Source of the DNA: Candidatus Omnitrophota bacterium
GTDB lineage: Bacteria > Omnitrophota > Gorgyraeia > Duberdicusellales > 4484-171
Assembly (NCBI GenBank): GCA_043815445.1
Contig: JBDRIY010000054.1
Coordinates: 527 to 64,526, forward strand
DNA length: 64,000 nucleotides
Direction of reading: 5' to 3'
In this document: in pieces, positions 40,141 through 48,933 of the stretch
Numbering within the stretch: position 1 is the first letter of the stretch
Layout of the letters: every line of letters starts with the position of its first letter
Program-made: the position numbers and the translations under genes
The notes under the pieces: generated by a model
Databases searched by the model: none
The model's input: the letters and a program-made list of their open reading frames with translations, nothing else
What the model was told of the DNA's origin: nothing

Positions 40141-41547
40141 CTATTCAATGCTATTCTTATTTCTTCTAAACTTAACTCCGCGAATAATCTTATCTGCCTC
40201 TTTATTAAATAACTTTATTTTTCCTGCTTTTTTGTAACATTTCATAAGAGCAAGGCTAACGCGATTATCATTCAAATTCATTTCTTTTGCTTTTATCAAT
40301 GCTTCTATAGCTTTTTTATAATGCCTTAAAGCCTCATAACAAAGGCCTAAAATTAGATAGGCTTTGCCCCCTTTGTAATTTAATTTGAAAACCCTTCTTA
40401 TATTTTTAATAGCTTCCTTATGTTTATGTAACTTCAAATATGCCTCACCAAGTTTTAAATAAGCTAAAATTTTATTCCCATCATCACAAGCGCTCTTTAA
40501 TTCATTTTTATATATTCTTATGGCTTTTCTTTCATCGCCTTTATCTCTTTTAATCGAATTATTCCTTTTTATTAAGACTGCTTTCTTAAATAATGATTCA
40601 CAATAACCGCAGGTATCGCATTTTAAATTACAATTAAGCATTTTCTTAAAAAAATAATTTTTAACCAGAATATCATAATCTATATATTCAAAATAAGAAA
40701 GGCCCGGACAGTCCAGTATTTCCAAAAGATTACCTCTAAAATGTTTACTAATATAAGCCTTGAGGCATAATTCAATTCTCTTTGTAGAAAAAACTCTCGT
40801 TGATAACTTATAATGATTTACAAATTTATCATAACAATCTAATGCGTCTGGCGGTATAAAAGGTACACGGAATACTTTTAAGGAGTTTTTTAAATATACT
40901 TCAATGCAAAATTTATCAGGAAAAACACCTTCTATGATTTTTCCTCGAGATTTTTCTCTATGTGATAAATAATTATAATGATTAACCCTATAAGGACAGT
41001 TGCCCAAACAACCCTCATTAAGCATTACTCGTATTTGAAGGCCGGTTCTCTTCTTTATCTCTTTTATTAAATTAATACTACGATTTATATCCCTATCAAT
41101 GGTTAATACATCTACGCCTAAATCTTTAAGATATAAGGCATGCTCAACGGTTTTCATATAACAGTTAACGGACGACTCTATTATTATACCGCTAATTTCC
41201 TTTTTGATTTTACTAATATAAATAGGGTTCGTAACTACCACAGAGCTAAGCCCTTTATCTCTCAATCTTTTTACATAATCCAATATATTATTAAAAAAAG
41301 TTCCGCTTAATCCAATAACGCCTTCACAGGTCGCGTTTAATAAAAGCTGTGGCCTGATATTTAAAGTATTACATTTTCTTATAATTTTCGGAATCTGTCT
41401 TGTATATGACTTTGGCTCCTGTTGATCCCTTCCAGAACCCAAATATAGCTGCGGTATAGGAAAATAAAAAGCTTCTATATTATCCTTATATGCGCCAATA
41501 AGGTCTAACATTTTAATATCATAGTTATATCCTATAGAGAATTTCAT
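40141..41547 (-). CDS. U32-peptidase-like (Fe-S) protein with C-terminal TPRs
   Basis: LLNATC, ESSVNC, DRDINR, NEGCLGNCPYR..H, CNLKCDTCGYC; TPRs AYLKLGEAY and AYLILGLCY. Confidence 0.72.
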   Translation of the reverse strand: MKFSIGYNYDIKMLDLIGAYKDNIEAFYFPIPQLYLGSGRDQQEPKSYTRQIPKIIRKCNTLNIRPQLLLNATCEGVIGLSGTFFNNILDYVKRLRDKGLSSVVVTNPIYISKIKKEISGIIIESSVNCYMKTVEHALYLKDLGVDVLTIDRDINRSINLIKEIKKRTGLQIRVMLNEGCLGNCPYRVNHYNYLSHREKSRGKIIEGVFPDKFCIEVYLKNSLKVFRVPFIPPDALDCYDKFVNHYKLSTRVFSTKRIELCLKAYISKHFRGNLLEILDCPGLSYFEYIDYDILVKNYFFKKMLNCNLKCDTCGYCESLFKKAVLIKRNNSIKRDKGDERKAIRIYKNELKSACDDGNKILAYLKLGEAYLKLHKHKEAIKNIRRVFKLNYKGGKAYLILGLCYEALRHYKKAIEALIKAKEMNLNDNRVSLALMKCYKKAGKIKLFNKEADKIIRGVKFRRNKNSIE

Positions 41548-41565
41548 TATCTTAAAATTAATAAA

Positions 41566-41790
41566 TTATGAATTTGAACATCTAGCAGTGCAGTTCTCTT
41601 GGGTAGGTCCAGGCACAGATCTGCAGTATCCGCTTCCCTTTGACGTACAAATCTTCTCCATCCCATCGACAGTACGGAGAGCACCGCCGTCAAGCCAGCC
41701 ATCATCGTAACAGTCACAACTTAATACTGCTTGTTCAATATTAAGTTTTACTTTTGTTATTTCCAGCTTAAATTTTAGTTTTTTAGGCAT
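41566..41790 (-). CDS. Putative RiPP precursor peptide 2 (74 aa)
   Basis: AGGAGGTG RBS; MPKKLKFKLEITKVKLNIEQAVLSCDCY...; 6 Cys. Confidence 0.85.
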   Translation of the reverse strand: MPKKLKFKLEITKVKLNIEQAVLSCDCYDDGWLDGGALRTVDGMEKICTSKGSGYCRSVPGPTQENCTARCSNS

Positions 41791-42048
41791 TTCTCACCTC
41801 CTTGTAATAGAATCACACTACTTTGTTAAAGACTCAAAACATATCCCTTTAAACCTTAAATTCTATAAAACTCAAAATGAATTCCCTTGAGGTAAATATG
41901 ATTTAAAATTTAGATCTAAGCTTAATTTTGCTAAAAAACTTGTTGATGAAATATAACATAAGGTGTCAGCTTTTCTTATCAGCACAATTAGATTAGATAT
42001 TCTAAATCCTAAAAAAATAAATCTCCAAATCGATAAATACAAAAGAGT

Positions 42049-42255
42049 TTAAGATGTGTGACAAGATGAATCGCACTGCGTCCTCCTCGTCATCGTACGA
42101 GTAGCCGGATCGCACACCATTAAATTTGGCAGTCTCGCACGATGTGAACTTCCCTCCCTGCCACTCCATTGGTAACAACCGCAATATAACACTGCCTGCT
42201 CCACTTTGAGTTTTATCTGTATAATTTCCGGCTTAAATTTTAGCTTTCTAAACAC
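42049..42255 (-). CDS. Putative RiPP precursor peptide 3 (68 aa)
   Basis: GGGAGGT RBS, GTG start; MFRKLKFKPEIIQIKLKVEQAVLYCGCY...; 5 Cys, Arg-rich core. Confidence 0.85.
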   Translation of the reverse strand: MFRKLKFKPEIIQIKLKVEQAVLYCGCYQWSGREGSSHRARLPNLMVCDPATRTMTRRTQCDSSCHTS

Positions 42256-42289
42256 TTCTTACCTCCCTTTTTAAACCTCTACTATTTAT

Positions 42290-43894
42290 TTATCTAAGTA
42301 TAAATATCTGAATTGCCTCAAGCCTATTGGGGTAATAAATAGTTTTGATTGGCCTTTCATCTGGATATTCTTTTTTAAAAAAATTAAACTGCCGAGCAAA
42401 TAAACCGCCCCAATAATCCTGATGATGAGATTCCGGGGCCCAAAGAACATAAATTCTTTTTTTTTGTTCTTTTTCGCCTTGAACTAAACGAAAATAATAA
42501 TATTTATCTATTTTTCCTTTTTCCCAAAGGTAATAATTAAGGTAAAAATCCGTTGTCATTCTGCTATCTTGAATTATAACATAATCTTTAATATCATCCA
42601 ACTGGCTTAAATACTCCGCGGCCTGTTGACAGCCATAACTGTTATGCCGGCACTGATTTAAATCCAAAGACGCGGCATAACAAAATCTTGTCCATTGCGT
42701 CATCTCAGTAACGATTAAACTAAAACAAAGCGCGCCCGCGGTAATCAGGATAAACGCTCTCCTAATTCCTTGTTTTTGGAAACTATAACTAAACATTTGA
42801 GAAATAAATTTAGCGACAATAATTACCATCGGCGGTAAAATAATAAGGACGTATCTTGGTTGGAAAAAACTCACTCCGCTTAGAACTCCCGCAAACCCTA
42901 AAATCAGCCAAATTAAAAGAAGCTTATCCGCTGTTTTCCTTTGGAAAAAAGAAATAATACAAGATACAGTTAGAAGAAAAAATACTATCGGGTGCGCCAG
43001 TAAAGGAGCTTTTAATGCCCGGCCGTAAAGCAAAGATGAACTTTTAAAGTTAAAGAATAAATCTTTGAAGGCAAAGGCAGTATTATTTGTAATATTTGCC
43101 CAAATGTTAGCGAATAGGTTGCTTGTAAAGATATTCACCTGATACCCGCGGTAAAAGTCTCTCCAAAATTTATCTCCTATTGTTATAATTTTATAAATAA
43201 AAGGCAGGATAAATAAAGAAACAATTAGCAATAATGCAATGCCTGTTTTGGGGCTTAAAAAGCTTTTTCTTTCTCCCATAATCCAAAATAATGACACAAA
43301 AAGTATCGGAATAAAAATAATCGCGGATTCATAGCTTGTCAAAGACCCTTGCAGAGAAAAACAAGATAGCAAAAACCATAATCCGGCCCATATTTTTTCT
43401 TTATTCTTGATTGCCTGCAAGGCTTTAAATAAACTTAAAAAAATCAAACAGCCAAAAAAGGGAATCCAGATCACCCTGCCCATAGTCCTGCTATGAATTA
43501 AATGCCAAGGAAGAAAGCATAATAAAAGTGAAGATATAAGGGCTGTTGGACGGCCATACATATATCTTGCCAATATATATAACAATACAACTGTGGCCGC
43601 CCCTATGATTATTGGTTCAAAACGGCAATGGACTATAAAGTTATTTAGGGTAAATGTTTCCGGCACAGATACGCGCAGAGCTAAAAAAACCCGTAAAAAA
43701 TAAGGTAGAAAGGGAAAGGAAATTACAGGAATACCTATAATTTCCTTAATAAATTCCGGCCTTTTCAGCAAAAACCTTGCCCAATTCGCTTCATCATGAT
43801 TTATAGGTAGTATTTCTATATTGTAAAATCTTATAATAAACGCGCCGATAAAAATACTAGTAATTAATAAAATATCCGGCAGCGATCGCTTCAT
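42290..43894 (-). CDS. GT-C (ArnT/PMT-like) membrane glycosyltransferase, paralog B
   Basis: LPINHDEA motif; colinear and highly similar to 38367-39965. Confidence 0.82.
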   Translation of the reverse strand: MKRSLPDILLITSIFIGAFIIRFYNIEILPINHDEANWARFLLKRPEFIKEIIGIPVISFPFLPYFLRVFLALRVSVPETFTLNNFIVHCRFEPIIIGAATVVLLYILARYMYGRPTALISSLLLCFLPWHLIHSRTMGRVIWIPFFGCLIFLSLFKALQAIKNKEKIWAGLWFLLSCFSLQGSLTSYESAIIFIPILFVSLFWIMGERKSFLSPKTGIALLLIVSLFILPFIYKIITIGDKFWRDFYRGYQVNIFTSNLFANIWANITNNTAFAFKDLFFNFKSSSLLYGRALKAPLLAHPIVFFLLTVSCIISFFQRKTADKLLLIWLILGFAGVLSGVSFFQPRYVLIILPPMVIIVAKFISQMFSYSFQKQGIRRAFILITAGALCFSLIVTEMTQWTRFCYAASLDLNQCRHNSYGCQQAAEYLSQLDDIKDYVIIQDSRMTTDFYLNYYLWEKGKIDKYYYFRLVQGEKEQKKRIYVLWAPESHHQDYWGGLFARQFNFFKKEYPDERPIKTIYYPNRLEAIQIFILR

Positions 43895-43994
43895 TTTGAA
43901 AAGTTTTTCTCTTTTTTGCTAGTTAAAACACGTTAGGTATATATCCTGGACTTTTTCATTGACCTTATTTACATTCTTATGATATAATCTCTTT

Positions 43995-44159
43995 ATGCCA
44001 AATATATTATGGACTGTTTCTTCAAAGTTTGGTAAATCTATTAGGTTAACTTCGAAAGTTTGGTTTGAAAAAATTCTTTTAGAGCATCCTGAATTCTCTA
44101 TTTTACCTGAATATTCAGATGAATTACGAAAAACCAGGGAAGTAAAATGGCGCAAATAA
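43995..44159 (+). pseudogene. Short, apparently internally deleted toxin-like partner of DUF2283
   Basis: Hand translation MPNILWTVSSKFGKSIRLTSKVWFEKILLEHPEF...REVKWRK (54 aa); TTGACC..TATAAT just upstream; overlaps the next gene start. Confidence 0.5.
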
Positions 44160-44362
44160 ATATTGTAAAAAGAACTAAGCTGAATTATGACTCGGAAAGC
44201 GATGTGCTTTATATTAATTTTGATCAGCCTCAATCTGCTGATGACAGCGATATCACTGACGAAGGAGTAATTATTCGCCTCAGGGAAAATAAAATTGTCG
44301 GGCTGACTATTCTTAATGCCGCTAAGGCGCTGGTAAGTCATCCTAAACATAAACACTCCTAA
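44147..44362 (+). CDS. DUF2283 family protein (putative antitoxin)
   Basis: YDSESDVLYINF..S..GVIIR..IVGLTILNA. Confidence 0.85.
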   Translation: MAQINIVKRTKLNYDSESDVLYINFDQPQSADDSDITDEGVIIRLRENKIVGLTILNAAKALVSHPKHKHS

Positions 44363-45843
44363 CTCGCGCTAAACCGGGGATATAAAATTCTCAACTTTTC
44401 CTCTATAATCATCATTTTCTTCTCAATTTTATACAACCCCCTATCTCTTCCATTTTTCTTCTGCCGCAGTCTTTTTGTTTTCAAAAATCCTTTTTTAAAT
44501 TCCTGATATCTATCGCTTATATATTGAATAAGCTCAAATTTGTTTTTAAGATATGGCAAAACCTTGAAAAGCCGCGATAGAACTTCTAGATTACTATAGC
44601 CTGTTCTAATAGCATCCTTATAAAAACCAGCGGCATCATCATATTTTTCTTCATACTCAAAGACGTGGCCTAAAAAATAATAGCTTTGCGCTTGTAAAGG
44701 TTCCAAAGCGCAGTATCGCAGTAACAATTTCTTGGCCTTATTAAAATTTTTTAAATTAAACTCTGTTTTTGCCAGTCCAAACATACTTTCTTTTTGGGCC
44801 TTACTAAATAAACTATCTTTTGTTAAATTTAAAGGTAAAGAAAAATATTTTTTTGCTTTTTTGAAATCTTTTCTTTCTAAAGCAATATTACCTACGCCCC
44901 ATAGTGAGGCTGGATTTTTAGGGTCAACCCGCAATATTTTCAAGAATTCCTTTTCAGCAAGGATAAACTTTCTTAAGGATAAATAAAGCGGGCCGTAATT
45001 ATTATCTTCCGCCCTATAACCGGAATTTATTTCTACTGCTTTACGATAATACTCTTTCTTTCCTGTGGAATAAAAAAGGTTAAAATATTCAGCGGCCTTA
45101 GTATTAATCGAATATCTTTTTTTAAACTTCTCGGGAAAAAAATAATAAGCGATTTCATCCCCTAAATGTTTATATTTCATTGGGGTATAACCGCCATTTA
45201 CTGAATAAGCAATGGTAGTAACTACAGGCCGCCGGACTTTGTCTTTAAGGATATTTACCAATTCCTGAGGTAGAATCCAAGGCCGCCTTTTGCCTATTTT
45301 TATGGTATTATTCGCGTTTAAAAGGCTGTCCACAACTAAAAAATCCGTATCGATGTCCAATAGAATAGGCTGTTCTAAGAATGGTAATTTATCCAACACA
45401 CAAACAATAAACTTTCTTCCTAAAATTTCAGCTGACGCCCAACCGTCTTTTACTATGAGAGATTTTTTATTCTCTTTTTTTATGAAATTTTTGAGGCTAT
45501 TCTTAACAATTTTTAAGGACATTTTAAATTCCTTTAATTCGCCGGGGATAACCCAATAAAAATTCTTAACAATACCTTCTTGAATTGCTGGATAAATATA
45601 ATTTCCGATATTAGTTTGCTTATCAAAGTTTTTTTCATAACGTGTAAAAGCAAGGCTGTATTCTAAATTTCTTTTTAACTCCCGCAAACTTTTTGCCTGG
45701 CTAAATACCTCTTTTATTGGTTTTGCTGGACAAAAACCAAAGTCCATATGAGCGTCAATGTGCACTAAATCAAGGTTTTTAACCCCTCTTTTCCGCCATA
45801 CCGCTAATGCTTGATCGTGATCTTCAATAATATTAATATCCAC
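44359..45843 (-). CDS. UPF0489 (arginase-fold) domain protein with C-terminal TPRs
   Basis: EDHDQAL, VHIDAHMD, IGNYIYPA, LLDIDTDFL, TIAYS..GGYTP; TPR repeats. Confidence 0.75.
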   Translation of the reverse strand: MDINIIEDHDQALAVWRKRGVKNLDLVHIDAHMDFGFCPAKPIKEVFSQAKSLRELKRNLEYSLAFTRYEKNFDKQTNIGNYIYPAIQEGIVKNFYWVIPGELKEFKMSLKIVKNSLKNFIKKENKKSLIVKDGWASAEILGRKFIVCVLDKLPFLEQPILLDIDTDFLVVDSLLNANNTIKIGKRRPWILPQELVNILKDKVRRPVVTTIAYSVNGGYTPMKYKHLGDEIAYYFFPEKFKKRYSINTKAAEYFNLFYSTGKKEYYRKAVEINSGYRAEDNNYGPLYLSLRKFILAEKEFLKILRVDPKNPASLWGVGNIALERKDFKKAKKYFSLPLNLTKDSLFSKAQKESMFGLAKTEFNLKNFNKAKKLLLRYCALEPLQAQSYYFLGHVFEYEEKYDDAAGFYKDAIRTGYSNLEVLSRLFKVLPYLKNKFELIQYISDRYQEFKKGFLKTKRLRQKKNGRDRGLYKIEKKMMIIEEKLRILYPRFSAS

Positions 45844-45910
45844 AATGTTTTAAACTATCTTTACGTAATTGTTCTGAAAATCAATCCATAACTATCTTTA
45901 CTGCAATAAG

Positions 45911-46661
45911 CTAACTTTTCCTTTTTATTCTTTCAAAAAATTCATTATAATTAATCTTTTTAAAACTATCAATGTTGCTGTTTGGGCTTACATTATATAT
46001 ACTTTTTTTTATTCCGATAAATATTAAAAACATTCACTCCCTTTTTAGGAATAATAAGCGCCTTTTCCTTAGGAAGAATGACTTGTCTGCCGTTTACATT
46101 TACCTTACGAACAAGACAAACCCATGAATCTACGCGGCCAACCCCGTAAGACATATAAGATATTTTACCTTCATAAAAATGAGTTTTCTTTTGCGTTGGA
46201 TGACAAATGCCAAAATCATATCCTAATAAATAAATTTCATCGCGCTCCTCCTTCATTGCTATGGAAAGCGCGAAAATTCCAACATTAGTTACTTGCCTGT
46301 AATACACTTTATCCTTTTGCTTTCTCTTAGAATAAGTGTAAGCATAAAGCTTTACTTTTGCCAAAAATGGATATTTCTTTACTGTTTTTTGTTCAAAATG
46401 CCCTTGAACGCTATGCAGGCTCACGCCCTGTCTGCTTAATTCCTGCATATAATTAATATTATTCTTAAGAAAAAACCAATCAGTCCATATTTGCCGTTTA
46501 GGTAAGTAGGGCATAGCGCGAACAGCATAATTCAGAGACCATATTTCTTCATTTTCTATTTTCTTCCATAAATCCTTCTTTAACCCTTCAGTCACACTAT
46601 AACCTCCCCCGATTAATATCACTCGTCTTCGTTTACTTTTGCTTTTATTTCTATTTTCCAT
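45911..46661 (-). CDS. DUF115/MptE/Maf-like protein (possible nucleotide-sugar transferase), frameshifted near 46003-46010
   Basis: VILIGGGYS, IYLLGYDFG, THFY. Removing one A from the A8 run extends the ORF with IYNVSPNSNIDSFKKINYNEFF to TAG at 45911. Confidence 0.55.
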
Positions 46662-46706
46662 TGCATTTTTCTGCTATGCAGATCCAATAAGTTATGAAAA
46701 GTTTAC

Positions 46707-48292
46707 TCAGTGTATAAAAAATTTATATATTTTAGCTCCTGAACTAACTAAAGGAGCAATTATGCTAATAAACCGGTTAATAAGCCTTGTCTTAACGCTC
46801 TCAAAACTAATTATTTTTTTATTTTTTATAATACCCATAACCTTACCTAAAAACATTTCCTCAGGGACAAGCTGAGCCGCTGATATAGAATTATCTCCAC
46901 GAATATAAAACAACTGTTTATTGCCTTGTTTACTTTTTTTACCAGGCGGTGGCAAACCTTTTGATTATCTTCCTGATATAAAATAATATCTCCTATTTTC
47001 AAACTTTCAGGCAAAATCTTTTTAATTATAAGCTTTTGACCTTGTTTTATGAACGGCCACATACTAAAGCCAGATGTTTCGAAAAAGGATAAATCATTGT
47101 CTAAATCTTTTTCTTTAGCTTTAAACGCTTTAACATTGGCTGTGAACGAGCTTATTACTTTAAAAAACATATAAAATAGGCGGCTTTTATAGAAAAAGTT
47201 AGCTTTTCGGCTATAAGCGTTAAGGCCGTAATAATTAGCAAATTGTTCCTGAGGAATGTTTAAAATATAATTTGCCGGCTCTTTAAACGTATCGTATAAC
47301 AAAAAATGCGATTTAAGATAAAGTTTTTTACGTTGAGTTTGCGCGTCCGGTAAAAAAGTGTATTTTTCTATAAAATTTTGAATTAATTTCTTTTTATATT
47401 TAGAAACATTCAATTCTTTCATCAAACGCTGATAAAAATTCAGGCCGCTAAGAAATTCTACCTGATAAAGAATAAAAAATAAAGCTGAGCAAAGCTCATA
47501 TTTCTTGCTGACATTTAGACAGTATTCCCAATCAAAAGTTTTTTCATACTTATTCAATAATAACGCGGCATCATAAACGTTTTTTAAGGATAATACCTTA
47601 CCAAATCTTCGCGCGTGCAAGGCTAAGCTAAAAAGAGTATCTTCCGGCGAAAGTAGTTTTATCGCCCTGCCTTCTCTATTAACTTCTCGAACCCTGTCCC
47701 AAATTTCCGGCAATATCGCCCTGCCTTTTCGCTTAAAATCAATACCCCAGTGAAGTTCAGTAACACATAATTTATTTTCTTTTTTAAAAACAAAAGTAAT
47801 ATGGCACTGATCTTGTTTCCAATATTCTTCAGTAAAACCGCCTAACTGTTTCTTATACCCTGCATCATATAATATTGACGCCCCCTTTTCAACATCCCCC
47901 TCTTTAACCAAAAAATCTATATCCGTCATCAGCCGCAAAGGCATCCGGATATATATATCCTCAAGCAATGCCGCGCCTTTAAGAGGTAAAAGCATAACTT
48001 CTGCCTGCTCAAAAGCAGTTAATATCCGCAAAAACTCCTGCCGGATACCTTGACAACGAACCAAAGCGCAATAATGGTTATTTTTCAAAAACTCTATTAA
48101 ATCCAAAGGCAACAACGAGCTAAAATCCTTAACTAAAGAATAAACAAAAGGCGTTAATTCATGATAATTAATAAACTCTTTAAATCTTTCCCAATTGATA
48201 GATTGAGAGTTCAATAATGTTTCAATATTATCTTCTTCTACACCAACTAATTTTCTGACAACAGCTTTAATAAACTCTATTTCAGGAATCAT
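46707..48292 (-). CDS. Nucleotidyltransferase (NTP_transf_5-like) fused to S24/S26 peptidase, frameshifted near 46934-46940
   Basis: LPLKGAAL..R.MTDIDFLV, ELHW; C-terminal GFSMWP, GDII, CHRL. Adding one A joins it to YIRGDN...LGKV in ORF 46707-46955. Confidence 0.78.
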
Positions 48293-48322
48293 TTTTTAAT
48301 AATAGTTAAGAACAAAATAATT

Positions 48323-48589
48323 TTAGAAAGTATCTTCATGCTTTGCTATAGTAAGAATAAAAGCGCTATCGCCCATACGCCGATAAACACATCTATAATT
48401 CATAGTTATACTGAATTCCCAGTGGTCTATAGTTCCTTTTATGGGTTTGTGCCTAAGGGAAGGATGACGGGGATTCTTCATAAGAGTATCAAGGCACCAA
48501 TAGAACTTTTCTCTTATTTGCTTTGATAACCCCTTCTTGTTTTTAAGCTTCTTTTTTAAAGGGCCGGGGATATAAATTTCTCTGATCAT
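48323..48589 (-). CDS. RelE/ParE-superfamily toxin
   Basis: NPRHPSLRHKPIKG, WEFSITMNYR, IAKHE; overlaps the antitoxin stop. Confidence 0.8.
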   Translation of the reverse strand: MIREIYIPGPLKKKLKNKKGLSKQIREKFYWCLDTLMKNPRHPSLRHKPIKGTIDHWEFSITMNYRCVYRRMGDSAFILTIAKHEDTF

Positions 48590-48864
48590 CCTTCAATGTC
48601 TTTTTTCAAATCCTCAACTGATTTATAGGTTGAAAAATCTCCCTTTTTAAAGGCCTCTTCCGACTCTTTAATTTCTTTTTGACATTCCGGACTGAAAAAA
48701 TATCTCTGGTCCTTGTTAACAAAAACTAAAGGTGTTACCACTATCTGGCCATTCCGGACAGCAAGCTTTACAAAATCTCCGTCTTTAATTCCCAAAAGTT
48801 TCCGGATTTCTCTGGGAATGGTAAAATGTCCATTTCTTGCAATTTCTCTCACTATTTGCTTCAT
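48586..48864 (-). CDS. AbrB/MazE-family antitoxin
   Basis: GHFTIPREIRKLLGIKDGD; ATG 48864 with GGAGGTG RBS; TTGACA promoter at 48915. Confidence 0.85.
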   Translation of the reverse strand: MKQIVREIARNGHFTIPREIRKLLGIKDGDFVKLAVRNGQIVVTPLVFVNKDQRYFFSPECQKEIKESEEAFKKGDFSTYKSVEDLKKDIEG

Positions 48865-48933
48865 CTTCTCTTTCACCTCCACTTAATATATAACATAAAT
48901 TTAGAAATATGTCAATGTGTAATTTACATAATC

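Noticed and set aside
42002-42184. 60-aa ORF overlapping precursor 3 as a fourth precursor
   Set aside because: It is an alternative frame with no leader motif and no RBS.
43919-44356. 145-aa minus-strand ORF
   Set aside because: It is the antisense shadow of the DUF2283 gene and its upstream partner, which have recognisable motifs and a promoter.
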